Below are positions 4,822-14,571 of a stretch of 36,946 bases of DNA, piece after piece. Under the pieces are notes generated by a model. It did not search any database. It was not told the DNA's origin and saw only the letters and a list, made by a program, of their open reading frames with translations. A program made the position numbers and the translations under genes. Positions within the stretch are counted from its first letter, which is position 1, and every line of letters starts with the position of its first letter. The DNA comes from a virus: positions 1 to 36,946 of IMG/VR virus record IMGVR_UViG_3300045988_047290. One strand, written 5' to 3'.

Positions 4822-7182
4822 ATGGGTTTAAAAAAGTATGAGATTATCACAGTAGGGAGCGACAAGAGAGTACGCGCCCTTCGTTCGTGGGCGGTAGGCG
4901 ACCGTTACGTCAATATTGGCGACGTGGGCGGCATCGTGTACGACGAAAAGACATTATCACAGGACGGGCTTTGCTGGCTGTTTAGGGGCAACTTCGGTTT
5001 TTCCGGTGCACGCATCGGAGGGGATTCGATCGTAGACGTAGCCGAAGCGACATTGCCCGTTAAGGGCACGCCTAACGTAGACATTCTAGGGGCTAGCGTC
5101 GTAGTTGGTAGTAAACTAGTTTTCGAAGCAGAAAAAACAGCGGCGGACGCGGTGGTACTGACAGCGGACGATTTCGAACAAGGCGGCTTCAATGCACCGA
5201 TTGCGGGCAACCCGTTAACAGGTTCAGACAGCCCTACCTATATAAGGACTAAAAACCCTATATTTGCAGGCGGTAAAACCGTGACGCTTAAATGCGAAGT
5301 TCCGGGGTACTCGGTTCAAGCGTTTGCATTGGATCGTGACGGACTTGTTATAACAAGCACACAGGCCACCGCAACGGGGGTAGGGGTCACAATGGCCGTC
5401 CCGGCAGGGCAATACTTTGTGTTGGCTCTGCGCAAAGATCCAGTAGCAGCAACCGTCCCAGCAGACGCAGCAGACGTACAAATCACGTTTACAGGCACTT
5501 ATGAAACTAGTCTATCTATAATAGATTCACGGTTGGAGATCAACCCGGCGACTAGCACAGGGACAACCCTTTTCAAGGCAGGGGGTACGTATTCGTTCAG
5601 TTCCGGCGCAAAGTACCCGGAAACGATCATAAGAAATTCTAAGGTGTCTGTGAACGTTCCGGCGGTTGTAAGTAGGGAATTTAGGTTAATGGGTCAGATA
5701 ATCGGGTCGACTGCAGTATTAGACGCCACAGCAGGACCCGTTACAATAGCCGGGATATATAGCAACATTAAGAACCTAACGGCTCTGGGCATAGCATTTG
5801 CCAGTGTAGACGTAGCCGCATATAACATTATACAGGCTCACGACTGTGATAACTTCGTAGTATCACCTACGGTCTTTCCGGGACTGGCAGATGCCCAAAC
5901 GGCTAAAGTGCCTTTCATCTTCCAAGGTTGTAACGTTCCAAACGGTAGGTTCTATCATCACGTACAAATAGCTAATACTTACAAGAACATTGATTTTGCG
6001 AAGGCCCAAGCTGATTTGGGCAAGTCTATAGCAGGGGGAAGGATACTTGCCAGTGCAGAAGTTGAGGGTATGTATAGATTATCTACGGGAACAGGTGGAC
6101 TTATGGGTAGCCTAGTAGAAAGTCACGATAGTGTAGCAAAATTAGTCTTTAGTAACTTTGCAACTATATACGGCACAACCATTTACAAGGATGCCTACAT
6201 TAGCGGGAAATTTGACATAGCAGGTACAAACGTATTTGGCAACAAAGTACGTAGCCATCCATTGGCACAGGTTCTGAACGTTCAACCGCGTGCGGTTCAA
6301 GGGAATTTAGCACTAACGGTAGGGCAACGACCCGCGCTTGTTCCTGGCAGTTTAGCACGCGTTGTTATAGACAGACCGATCCGTATTAATACCGCAAAAG
6401 GGATTACAGTAAGTAACATCCCTGCAGGAATTCAAGCGGCGTTTGCGTGTGTGGATGGACAAGGGAATTTTGTAATACTTAGTTCGTGGCAAGAAGGCAC
6501 GGCCACCGTAATAAATCTAGTACAATTAGACCTTCCAGCGGCATATGTCATGTTTAAGAAAGCCAATGATACCACAATCACAACGGAAGAGCTTGCAGGC
6601 GTAACCGTAACGGTGTACAACGGTTGTAAGATCGTGAACACAGGCGCGACAGCGGTTAACATGAAGGGCAATATCCGTGTAGAGGATAACGCTACACTCG
6701 TCAATGCTGACATTACCGGAACGGGCTACTTCGGCGGAAACGCAGTTATGTCGGGAGTGACTATTAACGGTTGCGTCTACATGAGGGACAACGCTTCCAT
6801 TATAAAAACCGCGGGATCTGGTATCATCAGAAACTTGAAGATGACTGAAAACACGTACGCCGTTCTGGGAGATTTTGCTTTGAGCAGGCGTATACACTTG
6901 TCCGACAATGCTAAGTTTACCCCTACAGGCGCAGGGCTATCCGAGGGTGACCTAGTTATGGAGGATAACGCGGTTATATCCGGCGCGATAATTGTAGGCG
7001 GGATGCTTACAATGAAGGACAACGCTAAGGTAAGCGCGGGCACATTAAGCGCATACGGAGATATAACTCTACGCGGGGGCTATGTGTCTACGGTTAACAA
7101 GACGTTTACGGGTAAACGCGTGATAGACAACGATAGCGCGCCGGCGTACAGTAATAACGTAAAAACTCAATATGACTTTTAA
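4822..7182 (+). CDS. Tail fibre/spike-like protein, 786 aa, with a C-terminal beta-helix-type repeat
   Basis: Large Gly/Thr/Val-rich protein. It has [DE]NAxx repeats every 18-20 residues over aa ~600-755 and shares a ~110-aa module with the 742-aa BACON protein. Confidence 0.6.
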   Translation: MGLKKYEIITVGSDKRVRALRSWAVGDRYVNIGDVGGIVYDEKTLSQDGLCWLFRGNFGFSGARIGGDSIVDVAEATLPVKGTPNVDILGASVVVGSKLVFEAEKTAADAVVLTADDFEQGGFNAPIAGNPLTGSDSPTYIRTKNPIFAGGKTVTLKCEVPGYSVQAFALDRDGLVITSTQATATGVGVTMAVPAGQYFVLALRKDPVAATVPADAADVQITFTGTYETSLSIIDSRLEINPATSTGTTLFKAGGTYSFSSGAKYPETIIRNSKVSVNVPAVVSREFRLMGQIIGSTAVLDATAGPVTIAGIYSNIKNLTALGIAFASVDVAAYNIIQAHDCDNFVVSPTVFPGLADAQTAKVPFIFQGCNVPNGRFYHHVQIANTYKNIDFAKAQADLGKSIAGGRILASAEVEGMYRLSTGTGGLMGSLVESHDSVAKLVFSNFATIYGTTIYKDAYISGKFDIAGTNVFGNKVRSHPLAQVLNVQPRAVQGNLALTVGQRPALVPGSLARVVIDRPIRINTAKGITVSNIPAGIQAAFACVDGQGNFVILSSWQEGTATVINLVQLDLPAAYVMFKKANDTTITTEELAGVTVTVYNGCKIVNTGATAVNMKGNIRVEDNATLVNADITGTGYFGGNAVMSGVTINGCVYMRDNASIIKTAGSGIIRNLKMTENTYAVLGDFALSRRIHLSDNAKFTPTGAGLSEGDLVMEDNAVISGAIIVGGMLTMKDNAKVSAGTLSAYGDITLRGGYVSTVNKTFTGKRVIDNDSAPAYSNNVKTQYDF

Positions 7183-7570
7183 AGGGATACTAGACCAAAT
7201 AGGGACATGGGGGGCGCAACGCGCGCTTCCCGTATTCTTCGGAGATGAAGCCACACGTAATCGACTGGCAAACGATATAACGGGTGATTTTATCTTTGTT
7301 GACGTGCCCGGAGGAAGGCAGGACTATAATGACTATGCCGCCGAGGCATTCTCGATCTCCGTGCTTATACAGGTGCTGGGGACTTCGCACTACGAAACTG
7401 ACAGCTCGTCCGAGATAGACGTACTGGACCGGACGTTCGCAGTGATAACGGACATAGCGAAGAAGGCGGTTTGCCTCTATGAATCCGAGGGCGCAGCGGT
7501 AACCAAGCGTCAAAACATATACGACAGTCCCAAATCAGGTTGGGAAATAACGCTTAATCTATCTGAATAA
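7172..7570 (+). CDS. Hypothetical virion-module protein, 132 aa
   Basis: ORF track. It overlaps the upstream gene by 11 nt and has a TAATG junction with the next gene. Confidence 0.55.
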   Translation: MTFKGILDQIGTWGAQRALPVFFGDEATRNRLANDITGDFIFVDVPGGRQDYNDYAAEAFSISVLIQVLGTSHYETDSSSEIDVLDRTFAVITDIAKKAVCLYESEGAAVTKRQNIYDSPKSGWEITLNLSE

Positions 7571-8016
7571 TGGCACGTAACGCAATGTTGGAAATAGAGG
7601 TGCTGCTAACCAAGCTACGGGACGACATAGAAGCGTCTTACAAGGCTAAAGGGCTGATGGCATCCGGTAACTTCGCCAAAGAACTAAAGTTGGTTGTAAG
7701 CGGCAATAACGCCCGTATCACCGCACCGCGTTATGTGGGTGCTATGGAAGGCGGACGCGCTGTGGGCAAACGCCCGCCGTTGTGGATCATTCGTAAGTGG
7801 ATCGAGGACAAGAACAAGCAAGGCGCGAACATACCGCTAACCGCGGCTTATCCGATCGCAAAAGCTATCGGAGAGTTCGGGATCAAAGTGCCCAACAAGC
7901 ACAACCCTGGCGGCGTGGTGTCGGACGTTCTCAACCCTGCAAGGGTGTTGAAGTTACAAAACGAGATAGTAACTATAATTAGATACGCTATTATTGACAC
8001 TTTAAATATTAAATAG
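7570..8016 (+). CDS. Hypothetical virion-module protein, 148 aa
   Basis: ORF track. Tightly coupled to both neighbours. Function not determinable from the sequence. Confidence 0.55.
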   Translation: MARNAMLEIEVLLTKLRDDIEASYKAKGLMASGNFAKELKLVVSGNNARITAPRYVGAMEGGRAVGKRPPLWIIRKWIEDKNKQGANIPLTAAYPIAKAIGEFGIKVPNKHNPGGVVSDVLNPARVLKLQNEIVTIIRYAIIDTLNIK

Positions 8017-10245
8017 ATGAATGTACAAATACCGATAGCGGGATTAACGCTAACAGATAATCAGACATACGACGGACAGTTACCCGTGTGGGCTACGCGC
8101 CCCCTGATGATCCGCATAAAGCCGGACTTCATAAGCGGAAACGAATACCCGGTTTATATCCGTGTGTCGAACGGTGGCGCGATCAAGAAGGAAATAGTTT
8201 TTCCTTATCAGGAGGAGTTGAACGTAGACCTGTCATTTGCCGCTCCACTGTTGAGACGTGCAGACCGCAACAAATCCGAAGGCAACCCGGCTTTCCCGCA
8301 GCAAGAAGTGGAAATATGGAGCTCGAACCCTGATAATAAAATCACGCTTCCCGTGTTCCACTGTGATGAGACGTACTGGGACACGCTAGGCGTTGACGGC
8401 GCGCTTCCCCAACCGCCCAAACCACGCATACCGGGTCAGACGCTAGACATATATTTCCCATACCGTATCCACCCGTTGGACGCGCTTTCCGTTGAGGTTG
8501 AACCCGTGACAGGCGCGCCCGGTTCAGCGATATTCCCTACTACCTATGTACTGGGAAACACTATCGATATAACGTATATCAAGAAGTTGACGATTAAAAA
8601 CGTTTGGGGGTCCGGACTGGATCAAGTGATTAACTATGAAGACCGCCTAATGTCCGACGTTGTTTATGATACCGGGCTTCAATGCGCTTTGCGCGCTAGA
8701 TGGAACATGCGCAACGGACAATGGTTCTGGGCTGCGTTTAAGGACTATTTTTGGTCTAATAAGTTCACCCCTATCCGAGGACGTGGAGGCGTGACAGAGC
8801 AGGCCGAGATCACTATAAACCTAGAGTACGGCGAAGAGTATTACAACGTGTATCAAGAATTGTTGGTATCGTCTAATGTCATGTTCGAGTTGAACATACC
8901 GGGTATAAACCAATACCAGTCTAAACGCTTCGGGGCAGAAGTTTCAGGCGACACAGGGGCGCGATGGTCAAACAGTACCAAGACGTACAGGCAGCAGGTG
9001 AGATTCAAGACAACGGAGTTGCAAGATAACTACATATTCCCGCTAGCACCGGACCAACCGCCTACGCCGTCGATCGCGTTTAGCGCGCAGCACAACCCAT
9101 GGACGATCGGAGCGAGCTACAGGACAAGAGTTAACAGCATATACAGTAACGCGGCATGGGATGTACAGAGTACGCCGGCATGGTTATCAGTAGGGGAAAT
9201 GATTACATTAACGGCTAACGACTTCGAGCAAGGCGGGCTAACGGGCACGGTTGGTACATCTTACGAGGACATGAAATTTGCGTCTAACAATTACCTAAGA
9301 TCGAAAAACCCCGTGTCTGTTTATGGTAAGCCCGTATTTATAAGGGCATTTGTCCCCGGATTTAATGTAGTCATGTATGCCTTTGACGCAAATATGATAT
9401 TTATTGCGGGGAGCAATTTAATATCAGGGGAGGATCAAACTAAAACCTTAAACATTGGCGGAGCGGTCTACGCTATTTTTAGGTTGCAGAAAGATCCTTC
9501 AGCAACAAGTATCACGCCCGCCGAAGCCACAGCCGCGCAAATCGGTGTGTCTGTTAATAGGTTCAATGGTAATGCAGGTACGTCTAATCTCACCGCGACG
9601 GTAGCTGCCAACACTGGCGAGGCTAGAACGGGTAACATAGTCCTGAAAAGTTTGGCGGGGTCTACAACGTACAATATAGCCGTAACGCAGGCAGGGATTT
9701 CGGGCAATATATCGGTTGACACACAGACGTTTAACGTAGACTATCTAACACACCCGGTAACCGTGGACGTTACATCGGTTGGCGTGTGGTCTGTGTCGCA
9801 GCGTGATACGTGGATCACACCGAGCGTATCAGAAGGGGCACCCGGCGAAACAACCGTAACGTTAACGATCGGCGATAACACCGAGGGCAGTGCGGCTAGA
9901 ACCGGAACAATTACGTTCTATAACGAACAAACCGAGGAGATAGCGGTAGTTACCGTTAATCAGGATGGCACGCCAACTTCAATTGGTTTATCCCCATTCC
10001 GTATTTCAGGCGGCAAGGCCGGAGGGGAAATAAGACCCGTTATTTGTATATCGGGTGATAGCTGGACCCTAGTAGACGCGCCGAGCTGGGTGGCTGTTTC
10101 ACCTACACAAGGCACAGCCGGATCGGGCACAATAAACGTAACGTTCAATACGGCGAACCCAGGAGCAGCACGTACAGGACAGTTAAGAATCGAGAATACA
10201 GTTACTAGCGAGATCGCAATTTGTTCAATAACGCAGGAGGGATAA
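8017..10245 (+). CDS. Virion (tail/baseplate-associated) protein with three C-terminal BACON-like repeats
   Basis: 742 aa. Three repeats end ...ARTGNIVLKS..YNIAVTQAG, ...AARTGTITFYN..AVVTVNQDG and ...AARTGQLRIEN..AICSITQEG. Each is preceded by W...W(L/I/V). This is the BACON pattern from memory. Confidence 0.7.
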   Translation: MNVQIPIAGLTLTDNQTYDGQLPVWATRPLMIRIKPDFISGNEYPVYIRVSNGGAIKKEIVFPYQEELNVDLSFAAPLLRRADRNKSEGNPAFPQQEVEIWSSNPDNKITLPVFHCDETYWDTLGVDGALPQPPKPRIPGQTLDIYFPYRIHPLDALSVEVEPVTGAPGSAIFPTTYVLGNTIDITYIKKLTIKNVWGSGLDQVINYEDRLMSDVVYDTGLQCALRARWNMRNGQWFWAAFKDYFWSNKFTPIRGRGGVTEQAEITINLEYGEEYYNVYQELLVSSNVMFELNIPGINQYQSKRFGAEVSGDTGARWSNSTKTYRQQVRFKTTELQDNYIFPLAPDQPPTPSIAFSAQHNPWTIGASYRTRVNSIYSNAAWDVQSTPAWLSVGEMITLTANDFEQGGLTGTVGTSYEDMKFASNNYLRSKNPVSVYGKPVFIRAFVPGFNVVMYAFDANMIFIAGSNLISGEDQTKTLNIGGAVYAIFRLQKDPSATSITPAEATAAQIGVSVNRFNGNAGTSNLTATVAANTGEARTGNIVLKSLAGSTTYNIAVTQAGISGNISVDTQTFNVDYLTHPVTVDVTSVGVWSVSQRDTWITPSVSEGAPGETTVTLTIGDNTEGSAARTGTITFYNEQTEEIAVVTVNQDGTPTSIGLSPFRISGGKAGGEIRPVICISGDSWTLVDAPSWVAVSPTQGTAGSGTINVTFNTANPGAARTGQLRIENTVTSEIAICSITQEG

Positions 10246-10246
10246 A

Positions 10247-11983
10247 ATGAAAATAGTATCATTAAGAGTTAACGGTTACGACATTGACGGACTGGATAAC
10301 GCGACGGTCAAGATCACATTAAACAACATTTCCCCGGTTACTATGACCGGGGATAGTGTAGCGTTCAGTGCGTCGATAAAAGTGCCGAGAACGCCTGACA
10401 ATGACCGGACGTTCATAGGGCTGAACAAAGGCTTGCTTAACTGCGAGTATTACGTAGCCGAGGTGCGCGTAGCGTCTATTCCGTTCAAGTATTACGCTTA
10501 TGTGTCCGACGAGCCTACGCAGTTCTACGCAAAAGTGTCAGCGACTGAAACGGAGTACACTATAAACTTGATAGAGAGTACCGATAAGTGGTCAGACGTT
10601 AGTTTACCTATATCCGCGCCGCCCGTTTACAGCGCAGTACAGGATGGGGGGCTAGCCATCAGCGCGGCAAACCTTTCCGAACTAGTAAGACGGTACGTCA
10701 CGTTTCCACAAATCACGTTCCCAGCGATCAACCCAGAGACGAACAACGGAGTACCCGTGCCGGATGCCTCGTCTCAACATGCCTCTATAATAGTGAAACG
10801 GCGTGATCTCACATGGCAAGGAGACGTAGCAACGGGATCGACAAAACTAGTACCGCAGAACTACACGAAGGGACGCGGGGGGTACATATACCCCAAAAAA
10901 GCTACCATTGTGATGGATAATGCTAATATCTACGCAAACGCTAGTTTCTTCGGGGCTAGATCGGGCGGCGCGCCCGCGGGCTTCTTCATCGCATCCGGAG
11001 AGAGTCAAGCGTTCTACTTGATTGTAGAATACACCGGCACGACTATCCCGAGCACTAAACCGGCCACGATCCAGTTACAGGGCAACATATCCGGTATTGG
11101 CCGCTCTGTTTCATTCTATGGTACGTTGACGGATCGTATTTGGATTTACCGCTCGATTGACAATCAGCAAATGACAGTGTACCCCAAACAGGATTCGTAC
11201 ATACAGTTAGCCGCTACTATCGGAGGCGTGAAACGTACGGACTATTTCAAGTTTCCCGACGGATACGCACCGGAAGAAGTGATTAAATGCGGAGAGGGTA
11301 AAGTAATATACGATGCGGCGATCGCACCCGCATCACAAACGGCATTCTCACAACCCGCGGATTTTCCATATACGGACGTGAAAAAATTAGTAGACGATAT
11401 GTGCACGGCATGGCACTGGCGGAAGATTTACCGCAACGGTACGTTACGTATAGAGCCAATAGTAGACGCTGATCTACGGGACGGTACATCGGCGGCGTGG
11501 GCACACGTACACGATTGGAGCGACAAGCTACGTAGCGTCGAGACGGTAGATGTGCCGGACGAATTCGCGGACCAATACGTGTGCACTCTGGACGCTACGC
11601 AATTCAGTTACAACAACGGGCCCGGGACGGTAACACCGGTTAAAGAGGCATACAAGTCCGGCGTTAAATACACGTATGATCGGATGGTGTTTCCGAAGAT
11701 GGGACTTACCAGTATATTCACCACACCATCACCTAGCCCGTACTTCGTCTACATACACACCATTTATTACCCGTATATAAACAGGCATTTCAAGATGTTC
11801 AGATCACGGGTACAGGTGAAAATCAAGGCGCAATTGGAATACAGGGACGTTGAGAACCTGAAATTAGGGGATGCTTATTACTTTTCGCAGCTAAACAGCT
11901 ACTTCTATATCAAATCTCTAGGCGAATATGACGTAGCAACCGGGAATTGTAAGCTATCTTTGTACAAAATGGATTTAAAATAA
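10247..11983 (+). CDS. Tail-tip/baseplate-like structural protein, 578 aa
   Basis: ORF track. The call rests on its position immediately upstream of the tape measure gene. No motif recognised. Confidence 0.45.
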   Translation: MKIVSLRVNGYDIDGLDNATVKITLNNISPVTMTGDSVAFSASIKVPRTPDNDRTFIGLNKGLLNCEYYVAEVRVASIPFKYYAYVSDEPTQFYAKVSATETEYTINLIESTDKWSDVSLPISAPPVYSAVQDGGLAISAANLSELVRRYVTFPQITFPAINPETNNGVPVPDASSQHASIIVKRRDLTWQGDVATGSTKLVPQNYTKGRGGYIYPKKATIVMDNANIYANASFFGARSGGAPAGFFIASGESQAFYLIVEYTGTTIPSTKPATIQLQGNISGIGRSVSFYGTLTDRIWIYRSIDNQQMTVYPKQDSYIQLAATIGGVKRTDYFKFPDGYAPEEVIKCGEGKVIYDAAIAPASQTAFSQPADFPYTDVKKLVDDMCTAWHWRKIYRNGTLRIEPIVDADLRDGTSAAWAHVHDWSDKLRSVETVDVPDEFADQYVCTLDATQFSYNNGPGTVTPVKEAYKSGVKYTYDRMVFPKMGLTSIFTTPSPSPYFVYIHTIYYPYINRHFKMFRSRVQVKIKAQLEYRDVENLKLGDAYYFSQLNSYFYIKSLGEYDVATGNCKLSLYKMDLK

Positions 11984-11990
11984 CGTAAAA

Positions 11991-14504
11991 ATGGCGGATC
12001 AAGTAACATTATTAGACCTAAATTTCGGCACGTCAGAAGCCGAGAAGGGGCTGGACGCGTTAATAGCCAAAAGTATGGCGCTTGCAAAGACCAAGAAGGA
12101 TTTGCAGGCGGCGTACGCCTCCGAGAAAAAGGAGCTAGACACGCTAAACCAGAACTACGCGGACGGGCTTGTGCAGCAGGACAAGTACGACGCGACTGTT
12201 AAGAAGCTGAATAAGTCTCTGATTGAGACGCAAAAAGCGATACTGGACAATACCGAGGCGAACAAAAAGAATAACGCCGAGATCAAGAGTACAAAAACGC
12301 TCCTAGACAACGAAGCTACGAGCGTTAACGCTTTGCGTGCACAGTTGGCGCAGAACACCACGGAGCTTAACAAGATGAGTGAGGCGCAACGGACTACTAG
12401 CAAAGAGGGGCAGGACTTGACCGAGCAGACTAAAGCGTTATCGGACAAGCTTAAGGAGATGGAGAAGGCGGTAGGTGACAACCGCCGTAATGTCGGAAAT
12501 TACGCCGAGAGCGTCAAGGACGGTATACTTCAAACTCAAGGGCTAACCGGGGGCACTGGCGCGCTAGTGGGGCAAATGAAAAGCGGTATTGCCGGGGTGC
12601 AGGCGTTCAACGCGGCATTAAAGGCGAACCCTATTATATTTGTCGTGTCGCTTGTCTTATCGCTTATCGCTATCATCGAGAAGCTGATGAAACGCAACAG
12701 CGAGTTATCGACTAGCCTAAAGGCGGCGTTCGCCCCGTTTAAAGTGATTTTTGGGCGTTTGCTGGACTGGATAACCGGATTGTTTGAAGGTGTGGCGTTC
12801 GTGCTTGAGAACATTGCTAAAGCCGTTACGTGGCTATTGGATAAGCTAGGGCTTATCAGTGAGGAGACGAAGAGGGCAGCGGCGGAAGGCGCACGGTTGG
12901 CTGGCGAAACCCAGAAGATTTACCAAGCTGAAACGGCGGCACTCGTCCCGATGGCACAGATGCGACGCGAGATGGAAGAACTTAAGACCCTTGCAGCCGA
13001 CCAAAACAAGTCAGCGGCGGAGCGTACTAAATTGCTAGAACAAGCTAGGGAAAAATTGCACGCTATCCGTGATATGGAGTTGTCCGTACTGGACGCTAAA
13101 TACAAGCAGATCAAAGCCGAAAACCAGCTAGGCTACACTAGTGACGAGGATTATCGGAAAGAACAAGAAGCCCTTGCAGCACTCGAAGCGGCTAGAGCAA
13201 GTTACGCTACACAAGAAAAAGAAATGACGGGGCAGGTGTCCGGCTTCATCAAACAGGAGCGTGACAAGCAGGCACAATTGGCACAAGCCGCGGCGGCGAA
13301 GTCAGCGAAGGCGGCGGAAGACGCAGCGAAGAGGGAAGCAGACGCGCAAAAGAAAGCGCAGGACGCTATTAAGGCCGCACAGGACGCGCAACTTAAAAGA
13401 TATTCGGAAGCGGTTACCGCAATGCAGCTAGATATAGCACAGCGCGAAATAGAAGGTGCTCAAATCTCATTGCAAGAACTGCAAGCGGTCAACGATCAGA
13501 AGATCGAGATAGAGACGTACAGACGCGCACAGGGTCTTATAGGTGAGCAAGAATACATTAACAACGTCCGCCAACTCGAGCTGGAATACGCCGCAGAAGT
13601 CAAGGCCCGGAAGGACAAGGAAGACCAGCAGGAGCGAGACCGTCAAGCTCTCAACATGGAGAACGACCGCGCATTAGCTGACATGAAACTAGGCAACGAC
13701 CTGGAGAGTCAGTTAGCCCGGTTGGACGCACAGAAGGCTGCCGAGATAGCAAACGCGGAAGCCATCGGAGCGGATACAGCTGCCATAACGGAAAAATACG
13801 AGATCATGAAGGACGAGACGAAGAAGAAATATTATAATGCGCAATTGGAGATGGCAGCGGGCACAGCCGGACAGTTATCCGAATTGTTAGGCAAGGAAAG
13901 CGCAGCGGGCAAAGCATTCGCCACGGCGCAGGCGCTTATCAATACTTATCTAGGCGCTTCTAAAGCACTGGCGCAGGGTGGCTTCTGGGGTATCGCGCAG
14001 GCGGCTATTGTAGTGGCGTCGGGTATGAAACAGGTTATGAACATCAACAAAACCAAAGAGCCGGACACTAAGGTCAATACAAGCGTTCGCAAATTTGCGA
14101 AGGGTGGGCAGATTTACGGAGCTAGCCATGCGGCGGGCGGCGTGACGTTCACCGGGTCAAATGGTCAACAGTTCGAGGCCGAAGGGGGTGAGAACATGTA
14201 CATTTTGAACCGGAAAGCATCCAGCGCGATCAACGCGTTATCAGCTCTTAACATGGAGTACGGCGGGCGTTCGTTCGGTTCGTCTGGCGTGTATCGGTAT
14301 GCCAACGGTGGCAAAATCGACGTAGGCGGCGGATCAACCATGCAGTTACCTAGTAATTTTAGCCTGTCAAACGACAGTTTGCGGAAATTAGCGGCAATTA
14401 TGTACGATTCAGTGGCTAGCGTTCCCGCTCCACGGGTGGCAGTTACCGACATAGACGAGGGTCAACAACAATATAATAGTGTACAGGTAGCAGCTAGCCT
14501 ATAA
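11991..14504 (+). CDS. Tail tape measure protein
   Basis: 837 aa. Long Ala/Lys/Glu/Gln coiled-coil stretches, an internal hydrophobic segment (NPIIFVVSLVLSLIAIIEKL) and a Gly-rich C-terminus. Confidence 0.8.
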   Translation: MADQVTLLDLNFGTSEAEKGLDALIAKSMALAKTKKDLQAAYASEKKELDTLNQNYADGLVQQDKYDATVKKLNKSLIETQKAILDNTEANKKNNAEIKSTKTLLDNEATSVNALRAQLAQNTTELNKMSEAQRTTSKEGQDLTEQTKALSDKLKEMEKAVGDNRRNVGNYAESVKDGILQTQGLTGGTGALVGQMKSGIAGVQAFNAALKANPIIFVVSLVLSLIAIIEKLMKRNSELSTSLKAAFAPFKVIFGRLLDWITGLFEGVAFVLENIAKAVTWLLDKLGLISEETKRAAAEGARLAGETQKIYQAETAALVPMAQMRREMEELKTLAADQNKSAAERTKLLEQAREKLHAIRDMELSVLDAKYKQIKAENQLGYTSDEDYRKEQEALAALEAARASYATQEKEMTGQVSGFIKQERDKQAQLAQAAAAKSAKAAEDAAKREADAQKKAQDAIKAAQDAQLKRYSEAVTAMQLDIAQREIEGAQISLQELQAVNDQKIEIETYRRAQGLIGEQEYINNVRQLELEYAAEVKARKDKEDQQERDRQALNMENDRALADMKLGNDLESQLARLDAQKAAEIANAEAIGADTAAITEKYEIMKDETKKKYYNAQLEMAAGTAGQLSELLGKESAAGKAFATAQALINTYLGASKALAQGGFWGIAQAAIVVASGMKQVMNINKTKEPDTKVNTSVRKFAKGGQIYGASHAAGGVTFTGSNGQQFEAEGGENMYILNRKASSAINALSALNMEYGGRSFGSSGVYRYANGGKIDVGGGSTMQLPSNFSLSNDSLRKLAAIMYDSVASVPAPRVAVTDIDEGQQQYNSVQVAASL

Positions 14505-14513
14505 ATCATAGGT

Positions 14514-14527
14514 AAAGCCGCGGCTTT
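14514..14527 (+). terminator. Short palindromic hairpin AAAGCCGCGGCTTT after the tape measure gene (weak terminator or attenuator)
   Basis: Perfect 14-bp palindrome 10 nt after the stop codon. No long T run follows. Confidence 0.3.
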
Positions 14528-14551
14528 GTGCCGTTAAATAATATATCTTTG
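14525..14551 (+). promoter_or_regulatory. Possible internal promoter for the head genes
   Basis: -7 box TATCTTTG at 14544-14551, 20 nt before ATG 14572. The TTTG at 14525-14528 is only 15 nt upstream, which is shorter than usual. Confidence 0.4.
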
Positions 14552-14571
14552 TACCAATAATACAGTAATAT

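Noticed and set aside
5152-9555. Whether the module shared by the two tail genes is a template/variable repeat pair of a diversity-generating retroelement.
   Set aside because: The copies are only about 30% identical at the protein level, not near-identical DNA with adenine-specific differences. No reverse transcriptase gene exists in the genome.
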